DNA of 64,000 bases, from positions 441 through 64,440 of the forward strand of contig CANDMV010000004.1 in assembly GCA_947385875.1 (NCBI GenBank), given 5' to 3'. Positions 9,688 to 19,067 of this stretch are shown here, piece after piece; the stretch's first letter is position 1; each line of letters begins with the position of its first letter. The notes beneath the pieces were generated by a model. The model had not been told where the DNA came from. It did no database searches and was given only the letters and a program-made list of their open reading frames with translations. A program made the position numbers and the translations under genes. The stretch is from an uncultured Eubacterium sp. GTDB lineage: Bacteria; Bacillota; Clostridia; Lachnospirales; Lachnospiraceae.

Positions 9688-9790
9688 CTGCGAAGCAACA
9701 TTTTTCTCATTTTTTTTAATTTCATTAATTAGAATACTTGAAATCATGGAGTAATGTGATATATGATAAAACTGATGAAAAAATAAGGAG

Positions 9791-10768
9791 ATGAGCATGA
9801 TGCAGTACTGGATGTCTTATGTTATTTTAGTGATTGGTTTTGCACTTCTTACAAAGGGGGCAGATTTTTTTGTAGAAGGTGCGGCAGCAGTTGCAAAAAA
9901 ACTAAAAGTGCCCGCTTTTATTATCGGGATGACTATTGTTGCGATGGGGACAAGTGCGCCAGAATGTGCGGTCAGTGTTACAGCGGCATTGAAAGGCAAT
10001 AATCAGCTGGCAGTAAGTAATGCTGTGGGTTCTAATATTTTTAATCTTATGGTAGTCTGTGGAGCATGTGCTTTGGTAGTGCCATTAGCTGTAAAGACGA
10101 GTGTATTAAGAAGAGAATTCCCGTTTTCTATACTTGTGGCTGTTCTGCTGCTGGCAGTAGGGATGGCTGGAATGGAAATCGGGCGCGGGGATGGTATTTT
10201 ATTGCTGACCGTATTTGTGGTATTTTTATACTGGATGGTGAGAACTGCTATAAAAGCGCGAAGTCAGCAGGAAAGTGTGCAAAAGGAAGAGCAGGACGGT
10301 ATGGATGAGGATGTGCGTGACTTGTCTGCAATACGCTGTATCATCTATATTATCGGCGGATTGGCAGCTATTGTCCTGGGCGGCGACTGGGTAGTGGATG
10401 GAGCGTCTGTGATCGCGCAATCTTTTGGGATGAGTCAGAATCTGGTTGGATTGACAGTTGTAGCTTTTGGCACATCTCTTCCCGAACTGGTAACATCATT
10501 TACGGCAGCGAGAAAAAATCAGTCTGATATGGCGCTTGGCAATGTCATTGGTTCAAATATCTTTAATGTGCTATTAATACTCGGTCTTGCGGCAGCGATT
10601 AGTCCAATGACATTTAATATGGAAAATGTGATTGATACGATCATATTGGTTATTATGAGTATAGAAGTATACTTTTTTTCAAGAAAGGATCATGATATTA
10701 GGAGATCGGAAGGAATTATGATGTTGGCTGAATATGCTGCTTATGTAGTGTATATTTGCGTAAGGTAG
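9791..10768 (+). CDS. Calcium/sodium antiporter (CaCA, YrbG-like)
   Basis: Duplicated alpha repeats GTSAPE...GSNIFN and GTSLPE...GSNIFN. Confidence 0.95.
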   Translation: MSMMQYWMSYVILVIGFALLTKGADFFVEGAAAVAKKLKVPAFIIGMTIVAMGTSAPECAVSVTAALKGNNQLAVSNAVGSNIFNLMVVCGACALVVPLAVKTSVLRREFPFSILVAVLLLAVGMAGMEIGRGDGILLLTVFVVFLYWMVRTAIKARSQQESVQKEEQDGMDEDVRDLSAIRCIIYIIGGLAAIVLGGDWVVDGASVIAQSFGMSQNLVGLTVVAFGTSLPELVTSFTAARKNQSDMALGNVIGSNIFNVLLILGLAAAISPMTFNMENVIDTIILVIMSIEVYFFSRKDHDIRRSEGIMMLAEYAAYVVYICVR

Positions 10769-10878
10769 TATCTGGTCTGCATCTGACTCTTATCATAGTC
10801 TGATGTGTAGATGTGTGTTAAAAGTAGTATACTTGGATTGTTAAAGCTATAAAAAGAAAATAAATGAGAATTATATAG

Positions 10879-10977
10879 ATGAAAACTGGAATAAAAGAAA
10901 CAGTAATAAAAGAAATATGTCTGCTTGTTGTAAAATATCAGAAAGATAAGGTCATTTTATTTGATTCAATATTTTAG
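10879..10977 (+). pseudogene. Truncated minimal nucleotidyltransferase (MNT) N-terminus
   Basis: Manual translation MKTGIKETVIKEICLLVVKYQKDKVILFDSIF*; VILFDS sits where MNTs have VILFGS(RARG). The SDIDL motif and any HEPN partner are absent. Confidence 0.65.
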
Positions 10978-11181
10978 ATTTTGCTTTTAGTAATGAATTT
11001 ATAATGAGCGGGATGATTGATAAATTTTTCATACCGTTTGAATTAAAAACAGTATGACTTTTTTCCTTGCAAAAAGCATATGTGCATATTATAATGGCAT
11101 ATATGTAAAAATGACGAAGCAGTACACCGCATTTCACTTTGCAGTGCGTAAAGGAAGGAAAATGCAGAAAGGATGGGTAAT

Positions 11182-11697
11182 ATGGAACTATTTGACAAAT
11201 TAGGCGATACGTTGGTATCAGTATCTAAAGATGCAACACAGAAAGCGAAAGACATCTCTGAGCTGGCAAGAATCCGTATGGAGATACATTCTAAACAGGA
11301 TTATATCAATAAGCTGTATCAGGAAATAGGAAGGCTGTATTTTGAAGCACATAAAGATGATGAACAGCAGGAGTTTGAAGATGAGATTACACTGCTGAAG
11401 GATTCACAGGAAGTCCTGGAAGATCTGAAAAGACAGAAAAATCAGCTGAAGGGTACAATAAAATGCGATAACTGTGGGCAGGAAATGCCGTCGGATGCGG
11501 ATTTCTGCAGTAAGTGCGGCTCGAAGCTGGAGAAGACGAAGAAGGAAGAGGAAGTCGTAATAGATCCTGAAAGTGAAGAGTCAGCAGAAGACAGCACGGC
11601 ACAGTCAGAATCTGCAGAAGACAGCGCGACACAGTCAGATGGCGAGGCAGTAGAAAATAGCGCGGTACAGACAGAAAATGAAATTCAGGCAAAGTAG
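11182..11697 (+). CDS. Coiled-coil + zinc-ribbon protein with acidic repeat tail
   Basis: CDNCG...FCSKCG double CxxC; tail SAEDSTAQSE/SAEDSATQSD. Confidence 0.85.
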   Translation: MELFDKLGDTLVSVSKDATQKAKDISELARIRMEIHSKQDYINKLYQEIGRLYFEAHKDDEQQEFEDEITLLKDSQEVLEDLKRQKNQLKGTIKCDNCGQEMPSDADFCSKCGSKLEKTKKEEEVVIDPESEESAEDSTAQSESAEDSATQSDGEAVENSAVQTENEIQAK

Positions 11698-11770
11698 TGA
11701 AGCATCGGAAATGAAGAGAAGTCAGTAGAAATATAGACGAAAATTAGGTTTGTATTTAGTAAGTACTATG

Positions 11771-11867
11771 AACAATAATTAATAGAAGTTATTCATGGCA
11801 ATAGAAAGTCCGCGGAGCGTACTTTCTATTGTTTGCAATAAGTGAATACTTTCTATTATTTATTGTT
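11771..11867. repeat. Nested inverted repeat / REP-like element (related inverted copy at 51622-51665)
   Basis: Inner stem CAATAGAAAGT/ACTTTCTATTG around CCGCGGAGCGT; outer arms AACAATAA..TATTCA / TGAATA..TTATTGTT. Confidence 0.8.
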
Positions 11868-11898
11868 TGATCAAAAGAAAGGTTGATAAGAATCGGAT

Positions 11899-13869
11899 AT
11901 GAGCAGTAAGGGAAAATTTTATATGACAACGGCGATTGCATATGCATCAGGAAAACCGCATATTGGCAATACTTATGAGATTATACTGGCAGACGCGATT
12001 GCGCGTTTTAAGAGGCAGGAAGGGTATGATGTATTTTTCCAGACAGGGACGGACGAGCATGGCCAGAAAATCGAACTGAAGGCACAGGAAGCAGGGATTA
12101 CACCAAAAGAATATGTAGATAAAGTCGCTGATGAGATCAAAAGAATATGGGATTTGATGAATTGCTCTTATGATAAATTTATCCGAACAACGGATGAATC
12201 CCACGAAAAGCAGATTCAGAAGATTTTTAAAAAATTATATGATAAGGGTGATATTTATAAAAGTTCTTATGAAGGACTGTATTGTACGCCGTGCGAATCT
12301 TTTTGGACGGAGTCTCAGCTGGTGGATGGAAAATGTCCTGACTGCGGGCGTGAAGTAAAGCCTGCAAAGGAGGAAGCATATTTCTTTAAAATGAGTAAAT
12401 ATGCGGACAGACTCATTGCTCATATTAATGAGCATCCAGAATTTATACAGCCGGTATCCAGAAAAAATGAGATGATGAATAATTTCCTGCTGCCGGGGCT
12501 TCAGGATCTATGTGTATCCAGAACCTCTTTTAAATGGGGAATTCCGGTGGATTTTGATGATAAGCATGTGATTTATGTATGGCTGGATGCGCTGGCAAAC
12601 TATATTACTGGTATTGGTTATGAATGCGATGGAAATTCGACAGAGCAATTCGCAAAAGACTGGCCGGCTGACCTGCATTTGATTGGGAAGGATATTATCC
12701 GGTTTCATACGATTTACTGGCCTATTTTTCTTATGGCTTTGGATCTGCCGCTGCCGAAACAGATTTTTGGTCATCCGTGGCTGATTCAGAGTGATGGCAA
12801 GATGAGCAAGTCAAAAGGCAATGTACTGTACGCAGATGAGTTATCAGACTTTTTTGGAGTGGACGCGGTTCGATTTTTTGTGCTGCATGAGATGCCGTTT
12901 GACAATGATGGGCTGATTTCCTGGGAGCTGATGGTAGAACGCCTGAATTCTGAACTGGCGAATACGCTTGGCAATCTGGTAAACCGGACGATTTCTATGA
13001 GCAACAAGTATTTTGGCGGCATTGTAGAGTCTACGGGTGTGACAGATGAAATGGATGCAGATTTAAAAGCTGTTGTAACAGGTACGGCTGGAAAGGTGAC
13101 AGCTAAAATGTCAGATCTGCGTGTAGCTGACGCTATTACAGAAATATTTAATCTGTTTAAACGCTGTAATAAATATATTGATGAGACGACTCCGTGGATT
13201 CTTGCAAAAGAGGAGTCTTCTAAGCCGCGTTTGTCAGAGGTAATGTATAATTTAGTGGAAAGCATTACGATTGGGGCGACTTTATTGCAGAGCTTTATGC
13301 CGGATACTGCTGAGAAGATTTTTGCGCAGCTGAATACATGCAGCGTACCGTTTGAATGTCTGGAGTCATTTGGAAACTATAAAAGTGGCACAAAAGTGAC
13401 AGCTAAGCCTGAGATTTTGTTTGCCAGACTGGATATCAATGAAGTCATGGAGCGTGTGAATGTGCTTCATCCGGCTGCTGAAGCAAAGGAAGAGGCAGCA
13501 GTGGAAGAAAACTGTGAAAATGTGATTGATATAGAACAAAAAGATGAGATTACATTTGATGATTTTGAAAAAATGCAGTTTCAAGTAGGTGAGATTATTG
13601 AGTGTAAAGCTGTGGAAAAGTCTAAGAAGCTGCTGTGCTCACAGGTAAAAATAGGAAGCCAGGTAAAACAGATCGTATCTGGAATCCGTAAGCACTATAC
13701 GCCGGAAGAAATGGTTGGAAAAAAAGTAATGGTATTGGTTAACCTAAAACCGGCAAAACTGGCTGGGGTATTGTCAGAGGGAATGTTACTGTGTGCAGAA
13801 GATGCAGACGGCAGGCTTGCGTTGATGACGCCGGATCGGCCGATGCCTGCTGGGGCGGAGATCTGTTAA
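11899..13869 (+). CDS. metG: Methionine--tRNA ligase with C-terminal tRNA-binding OB domain
   Basis: YASGKPHIGN, CTPCESF/CPDCG zinc knuckle, KMSKS, C-terminal LKPAKLAGVLSEGMLL. Confidence 0.98.
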   Translation: MSSKGKFYMTTAIAYASGKPHIGNTYEIILADAIARFKRQEGYDVFFQTGTDEHGQKIELKAQEAGITPKEYVDKVADEIKRIWDLMNCSYDKFIRTTDESHEKQIQKIFKKLYDKGDIYKSSYEGLYCTPCESFWTESQLVDGKCPDCGREVKPAKEEAYFFKMSKYADRLIAHINEHPEFIQPVSRKNEMMNNFLLPGLQDLCVSRTSFKWGIPVDFDDKHVIYVWLDALANYITGIGYECDGNSTEQFAKDWPADLHLIGKDIIRFHTIYWPIFLMALDLPLPKQIFGHPWLIQSDGKMSKSKGNVLYADELSDFFGVDAVRFFVLHEMPFDNDGLISWELMVERLNSELANTLGNLVNRTISMSNKYFGGIVESTGVTDEMDADLKAVVTGTAGKVTAKMSDLRVADAITEIFNLFKRCNKYIDETTPWILAKEESSKPRLSEVMYNLVESITIGATLLQSFMPDTAEKIFAQLNTCSVPFECLESFGNYKSGTKVTAKPEILFARLDINEVMERVNVLHPAAEAKEEAAVEENCENVIDIEQKDEITFDDFEKMQFQVGEIIECKAVEKSKKLLCSQVKIGSQVKQIVSGIRKHYTPEEMVGKKVMVLVNLKPAKLAGVLSEGMLLCAEDADGRLALMTPDRPMPAGAEIC

Positions 13870-13962
13870 GGCAGATTCATGTGGAATGTATGACCGCAAT
13901 TTCATCCGACATGTATAAAGTCAAAAAACGGAAAGCTGAACGGGTAGTATAACCAAAATGGC

Positions 13963-13997
13963 AGGCCGGGAATCTTAATAGGTTCTCGGCCTTATTT
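13963..13997 (+). terminator. Terminator after metG
   Basis: AGGCCGGGAATCT/AGGTTCTCGGCCT stem followed by TATTT. Confidence 0.7.
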
Positions 13998-14163
13998 AAA
14001 AGTATTTAACAACTTATGTGAGATATGTAGAATGCTAATTACAAGCAGCATCCAACGTTTCATTTTGGCTAGATGGACGGTTAGGCGGTAGAGTCACGTC
14101 AGAGCAGCAATGCTCTGTTGATCTGATAGATACCCTTGCTAAGAAAGGAGGGTGATAGAAGAA

Positions 14164-14265
14164 GTGACATTTTGCGAATTACTAATATTTACGTCAGTAA
14201 CTGGCATTGTCAGCGGAGTAATATCAGCGTACATAGTAAGATTTCTGGATAGAGCACAAAAATAA
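14164..14265 (+). CDS. 33-aa hydrophobic peptide, candidate type I toxin (Fst/Ldr-like architecture)
   Basis: GTG start after AAAGGAGGGT; MTFCELLIFTSVTGIVSGVISAYIVRFLDRAQK*: one TM helix and a charged tail. Confidence 0.8.
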   Translation: MTFCELLIFTSVTGIVSGVISAYIVRFLDRAQK

Positions 14266-14297
14266 CCGCCGTGAGAAATAATGCGGTCATTTTTGTG
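14255..14297. terminator. Bidirectional terminator overlapping the peptide stop codon
   Basis: CACAAAAAT-AACCGC...GCGGTC-ATTTTTGTG, with A-run on one side and T-run on the other. Confidence 0.75.
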
Positions 14298-14356
14298 TTA
14301 ATATTCATTTATTAGCCATTAATCTACAAATTATGGCTCAATCGTCTAACGGTATA
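14258..14356 (-). ncRNA. Candidate antisense antitoxin RNA (~100 nt)
   Basis: Minus-strand TTGACA (14391-14386)-N17-TAATAT (14368-14363) promoter, no ORF, ending at a hairpin with a T-run. Confidence 0.65.
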
Positions 14357-14504
14357 AATATTATATTAAAGGAATCATATGCTGTTGTCAATAAATATTT
14401 CTATTGTAATTTTCCCTATAACAATTTAGAATAATAGCTTAGGCAGTGCCTAAATGGATTGTTACAATTTATAAATAAAATAGTATTTAAAAGGGGTTCG
14501 TGAT

Positions 14505-15281
14505 ATGATATTTGAAACACATGCGCATTATGAAGATAAAAAATTTGATCTTGACAGGGATGAGCTGCTGACATCTATGTCTTTGAATGGAATCTCACCG
14601 ATTGTCAATGTAGGCTCTTCGATAGAAACTACGAAGAAGAGTATCGAATTGGCAGAAAAATATGATTTCATCTATGCAGCTGTCGGCGTACATCCAAGTG
14701 ATATTGAATGTCTGAGTGAAGATGGCATGGAATGGCTCCGCAGGCAGGCTGAACACCCGAAAGCTGTAGCCATTGGGGAGATTGGACTGGATTATTACTG
14801 GGATAAGGAGGAAGATGTGCAGGAGAAGCAGCGTTATTGGTTTCGAAGACAGCTGGAGTTGGCGAAGGATGCAGGGCTTCCGGTTATTATTCATTCCAGA
14901 GATGCCGCAGAAGATACGCTGTCGATTATGAGGAATGCATATGAAATGCAGATCACAGGTGTCATTCACTGCTTTTCTTATTCAGCAGAAATCGCACAGG
15001 AATATGTAAAAATGGGGTATTATATTGGTGTGGGCGGTGTCGTCACATTTAAAAATGCGAAAAAGCTCAAAGAAGTTGTGGAAAAAATCCCTTTGGGAAA
15101 AATATTGCTAGAGACCGACTGCCCGTATATGGCGCCAGAGCCGTTTCGGGGGAAACGGAACAGTTCAATTTATCTTACTTATGTAGCAGACAAAATAGCG
15201 GAACTAAAGGACGTGACGCGGCAGGAGGTAATCGATGTGACAAGGCAGAATGCGTACCATATGTATCGAATAGAAGAATAA
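14505..15281 (+). CDS. tatD: TatD family hydrolase
   Basis: ETHAHY, GVHP, GEIGLDYY, IHSRDA, HCFS, ETDCPY motifs. Confidence 0.96.
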   Translation: MIFETHAHYEDKKFDLDRDELLTSMSLNGISPIVNVGSSIETTKKSIELAEKYDFIYAAVGVHPSDIECLSEDGMEWLRRQAEHPKAVAIGEIGLDYYWDKEEDVQEKQRYWFRRQLELAKDAGLPVIIHSRDAAEDTLSIMRNAYEMQITGVIHCFSYSAEIAQEYVKMGYYIGVGGVVTFKNAKKLKEVVEKIPLGKILLETDCPYMAPEPFRGKRNSSIYLTYVADKIAELKDVTRQEVIDVTRQNAYHMYRIEE

Positions 15282-15396
15282 CGTGCATGTGCAATCTACG
15301 CACCACCAAGAATAAAAGTCATGAGCGCATACGGATCCATGGATTAAAATCGCTTCACAATGGGACTTTCATAGTAAGAATAAGGATTAAGAAAAA

Positions 15397-16260
15397 ATGG
15401 GAGATTTGATACGGCCGCAGAATACGATCGCGGTATTACAAAAAAATAATTTTCGTTTTCAGAAGAGATTTGGACAGAATTTTTTGATTGACGGCCATGT
15501 GATGGATAAAATTATAGCGGCTGCCAATGTAGAGAAGGATGATTATGTCTTGGAAATAGGGCCGGGAATCGGTACTATGACTCAGTTTTTATGTGAAAAT
15601 GCTGGAAAGGTGGCAGCAGTAGAGATTGATCGCAGCCTGATTCCGATTCTGCATGATACACTGAGCAGTTATGACAATGTAGAAATCATACATAAAGATA
15701 TTTTAAAGATTGATTTGAAGAACTTTATACAAGAAAAAAATGATGGAAGACCAATAAAAATTGTAGCGAATCTGCCTTATTATATAACAACGCCGATTAT
15801 CATGGGACTTTTTGAAAATCATGTGCCGGCTGAGAGTATTACAGTAATGGTGCAGAAGGAAGTAGCTGAACGGATGAAGGCTGTGCCGGGCTCTAAGGAT
15901 TATGGCTCTCTGTCGCTTGCTGTGCAGTATTATGCCAGTCCGCAGATCGCTGCCAATGTGCCTCCGAATTGTTTTATGCCTCGACCAAAGGTCGGGAGTG
16001 CTGTGATCTGCCTGCAATGTCATGACAGGCCGCCTGTGCAGGTAAAAAATGAAAAGATCTTATTCGAAATCATCAGGGCTGCTTTTAATCAGCGCAGAAA
16101 GACGCTGCTAAATGCTTTGTATCATAATATGCAGATGGAATTAACAAAAGAGGAGATTCTAGAAAAGATCATCAAACTAGGTGTTCCACAGACTGTACGT
16201 GGTGAGGAGCTGACGTTGGAACAGTTTGCAAGGCTTGCTGATCTTTTTGAGGAAAGATAG
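15397..16260 (+). CDS. rsmA: 16S rRNA m6,2A dimethyltransferase
   Basis: FGQNFL, EIGPGIG, VANLPYYITTP, FNQRRKTL. Confidence 0.97.
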   Translation: MGDLIRPQNTIAVLQKNNFRFQKRFGQNFLIDGHVMDKIIAAANVEKDDYVLEIGPGIGTMTQFLCENAGKVAAVEIDRSLIPILHDTLSSYDNVEIIHKDILKIDLKNFIQEKNDGRPIKIVANLPYYITTPIIMGLFENHVPAESITVMVQKEVAERMKAVPGSKDYGSLSLAVQYYASPQIAANVPPNCFMPRPKVGSAVICLQCHDRPPVQVKNEKILFEIIRAAFNQRRKTLLNALYHNMQMELTKEEILEKIIKLGVPQTVRGEELTLEQFARLADLFEER

Positions 16261-16309
16261 TGAAAGGTAATTCGTAATATTTGGCGATCAGCTATCATAT
16301 ATTGATAGT

Positions 16310-17194
16310 ATGATGGAAAAAATAAAAACTTTGTTATCATTAATCATAATTATTATATGTCTGCCATATTTAGTCACATTTGTAGTACAAGGCGATTTCT
16401 TTAATGATTCAGATCAGGAAGAGGAAGCAGGGAAAATAGCAGATGAGGATACAGAGAGGCTGATTTTAATACTTGCAGCGGAAATGCCGGCTGTCTATGA
16501 GGAAGAAGCACTCAAAGCGCAGGCTGTCATCGCGCGGACCAATCTTGCATATGCGCAGGAAAACGATCAGGCAGAACCAGAAGGAATATCAAGAGATGAT
16601 TTAAGAGAGCAGCTGGGTGCGGAAGAATATCAAAAAAGGTATGAGAAGTTAAAAAGCTGTATTGAAAAGACAGCAGGAGAAGTCGTTACTTGTCGTGAGA
16701 AGATTGTATACCTGCCTTATCATTTTGTGAGTGCAGGTAAGACCAGAGAGCTGTCAGATGAAGAACAAGAAGAGGCCATGCCATATTTAAAATCAGTATC
16801 CAGCTCAAATGACCTGCGCAGTGAGCATTTTTTGAAGATAGAGTTTTTTAGTAAAAAGCAGTATCGAAACAAGCTGCGCGCTGCATATCCAGATCTGGAA
16901 TTTCCGGAAGAGGATTTGGAAAAAATGTCGTCTGTTGTCAAACGCGACAATGCTTCTTATGTGTTAAATGTCAGTCTGCCAGGGAAAAAAATAAGCGGAG
17001 AAGAATTTAGAAGAGTATTTTCACTGAATTCTGCTTGTTTTTCGATCAAAGAGATAGATGGGCAGGTGCGTATCGTTACGAAAGGGTATGGGCAGGGATA
17101 TGGCATGAGTCAGTATGGTGCGAATGAGATGGCGAAGGAAGGGAGCAGTTATAGGGAGATTTTGGAATATTATTACAGCGGGATTGATCTTTGA
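16310..17194 (+). CDS. spoIID: SpoIID/LytB domain protein (stage II sporulation protein D-like)
   Basis: AAEMPA..EEEALKAQAVIART, LNSACF, GYGQGYGMSQYGANEMAKEG..YREILEYYYSG. Catalytic-region conservation not verified. Confidence 0.75.
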   Translation: MMEKIKTLLSLIIIIICLPYLVTFVVQGDFFNDSDQEEEAGKIADEDTERLILILAAEMPAVYEEEALKAQAVIARTNLAYAQENDQAEPEGISRDDLREQLGAEEYQKRYEKLKSCIEKTAGEVVTCREKIVYLPYHFVSAGKTRELSDEEQEEAMPYLKSVSSSNDLRSEHFLKIEFFSKKQYRNKLRAAYPDLEFPEEDLEKMSSVVKRDNASYVLNVSLPGKKISGEEFRRVFSLNSACFSIKEIDGQVRIVTKGYGQGYGMSQYGANEMAKEGSSYREILEYYYSGIDL

Positions 17195-17273
17195 AATTTC
17201 TAAGATAAATATATTGATTTTGTTTACTTTTAAAATAAAGTTGATATAATATAAACAGAAGGAGGGTGATGGG

Positions 17274-17687
17274 ATGTTCAGTAAAAATTTAAAATATTAC
17301 AGATTAAAGAAAAATATGAATAAGAAAGAACTTGCTTCTTTAGTTGGTGTAACTCCCATGGCCATCAGTCATTATGAGAACGGCATGAGAAGGCCAGGAA
17401 TGGAAGTAGTAAAGGCGCTTGCAAAGGCTTTGGATGTCAGGGTTGCAGATTTCTTGAATAGTCGTAATAAAAATCTGGTATTTATGCATGGTGAGTTTAG
17501 AAAAGGAAGCAGATTGACTGAAAAACAGCAGGAATATGTTCGAGAGTCAGTTGAAGAATACATGAGCAGATTTTATACGATTGTTGATATTTTGGGCGGA
17601 GAAGTGCTGCCGGAAGCTCCTGCATGTCATGGTGTGTGCTTGTCTAGCAATAGCGAAGATGAGAGGTATCATTCTTTTGACAGGTGA
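17274..17687 (+). pseudogene. XRE helix-turn-helix protein, truncated (lost a probable ImmA/IrrE peptidase domain)
   Basis: XRE HTH (KELASLVGVTPMAISHYENGMRRP) followed by the FR..(LT)..QQ linker typical of HTH-ImmA fusions, then an abrupt end. Confidence 0.7.
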
Positions 17688-17889
17688 TGAACCTCTTAGG
17701 AAAGCTGCAAAAGCTGAAGGCGTACAAGTTATGGGAACGATAGGAATTTTGGATCAGCTGTTTGAAGGACAGTATATTGATTTGAATGAATTTCGACATT
17801 GTATGAATGAATTACTAAAACATAACAATGGAAAGGTACGGCTGCCGGAAAATGAGTTAATAAAGCGATTGCAGAAGTATGATGGGTAG
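17634..17889 (+). pseudogene. C-terminal fragment of a PIN-domain (DUF3368-like) protein
   Basis: LAIAKMRGIILLTGDEPLRKAAKAEGVQVMGTIGIL; the N-terminal PIN acidic residues and a start/RBS are missing. Confidence 0.7.
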
Positions 17890-17924
17890 GCTATCTCTTA
17901 TAGACACAAGAGATAGCCCTTTTA
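17889..17924 (+). terminator. Intrinsic terminator
   Basis: GGCTATCTCTT/AAGAGATAGCC 11-bp stem followed by TTTT. Confidence 0.8.
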
Positions 17925-17983
17925 AATTCTATTAAAAATGTCTACACCATCCAGATCTGGAAAAAAATTTTATAATGAATTCT

Positions 17984-18012
17984 GTATAGATACATGTTTT
18001 CAGGTAACACTA
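17984..18012 (+). promoter_or_regulatory. Possible sigma-F-type forespore promoter
   Basis: GTATA-N14-GGTAACACTA upstream of the spoIIQ-like gene; spacer is one base shorter than the usual consensus. Confidence 0.45.
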
Positions 18013-18079
18013 TCTCTAAAAATATAACATGCCCAAGCGGTTATATGGCCCAAGGGTGTAGAAGGTGGATGGTGTTGAG

Positions 18080-19030
18080 ATGAAAAGAAACAGATTTCGA
18101 AGATTTTTTCAGCAGAAACAATATGCAATCGCCTCACTGATCTTGTTTGCAGCAATCGCAGCCATGACAGGCGTATATTTTTCAAACAGAATCACGAGCG
18201 AACGGCAGGAAGAGGAAATGGCTCAAAAAGAAGCCGAATTATCTGAATCATTAAATAATGAAAACAAAGATTTAGCTTCTCTGGATTCAGATAATATAAA
18301 AAATACCGATAAAGATAATACTGATAATATTGATAAAGACACAAAGGATACGGAGAATAAAGATTCCAATAATACTCAGGATAATCCACAAGAAGATGTC
18401 GCAAGTGTAACAGCTGTCATCAAGCCGCAGGAAACAAAAGATCGTACGCAAAAGGAACAGACCAAAGCCAATCAGGAAAATACAGAGACTAAGAATCAGA
18501 AAACAGATGTACAGTCAGAGCAGAAAAATCAGAACGATACATCTGGAGAACAGAATGCAGAACAAAAAGAGGATACTGCGACGCAGGGAAAAGCAGCGTC
18601 TGTGGAAGCTTTACATTTTTCACCAGAGTCGGATCTGGGATGGCCGCTGCAGGGTGATGTGATCTTAAATTATAGTATGGATCAGACTGTCTATTTTGCG
18701 ACTCTTGAACAGTATAAATATAATCCGGCATTAATTATAGCAGGAAAAGTAAATGATCCGGTACAGGCAGCCGCTACGGGCAAGATTACAGATATATCTA
18801 CGAATGAAGAAACCGGCGTGACAGTTACAATGGACCTTGGTGATGGATATACGGCGGTCTATGGACAGCTCAAAGAAGTGTTGTATAATGAAGGAGCGAT
18901 CGTTGAGACGGGCAATACGATTGGATATATTGCGGAGCCGACGAAATATTACTCTGTAGAGGGCAGTAATCTATTCTTTGAATTGAAAAAAGATGATCAG
19001 CCTGTGAATCCAATGCAGTTTATTGAATAA
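18080..19030 (+). CDS. M23/LytM family membrane protein, SpoIIQ-like
   Basis: N-terminal TM, long Q/N/D/K/T-rich linker, C-terminal degenerate M23 domain (WPLQGDVILNYS...YNPAL...GSNLFFEL); follows spoIID. Confidence 0.8.
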   Translation: MKRNRFRRFFQQKQYAIASLILFAAIAAMTGVYFSNRITSERQEEEMAQKEAELSESLNNENKDLASLDSDNIKNTDKDNTDNIDKDTKDTENKDSNNTQDNPQEDVASVTAVIKPQETKDRTQKEQTKANQENTETKNQKTDVQSEQKNQNDTSGEQNAEQKEDTATQGKAASVEALHFSPESDLGWPLQGDVILNYSMDQTVYFATLEQYKYNPALIIAGKVNDPVQAAATGKITDISTNEETGVTVTMDLGDGYTAVYGQLKEVLYNEGAIVETGNTIGYIAEPTKYYSVEGSNLFFELKKDDQPVNPMQFIE

Positions 19031-19067
19031 ACCATTAGCACAAATGATGAAGACGGCATATAATAAA

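Noticed and set aside
11700-11898. T-box or S-box leader of metG
   Set aside because: No GGTGG-ACC antiterminator or SAM-I core; the structure is shared with a hairpin after rpsR, so it was treated as a repeat.
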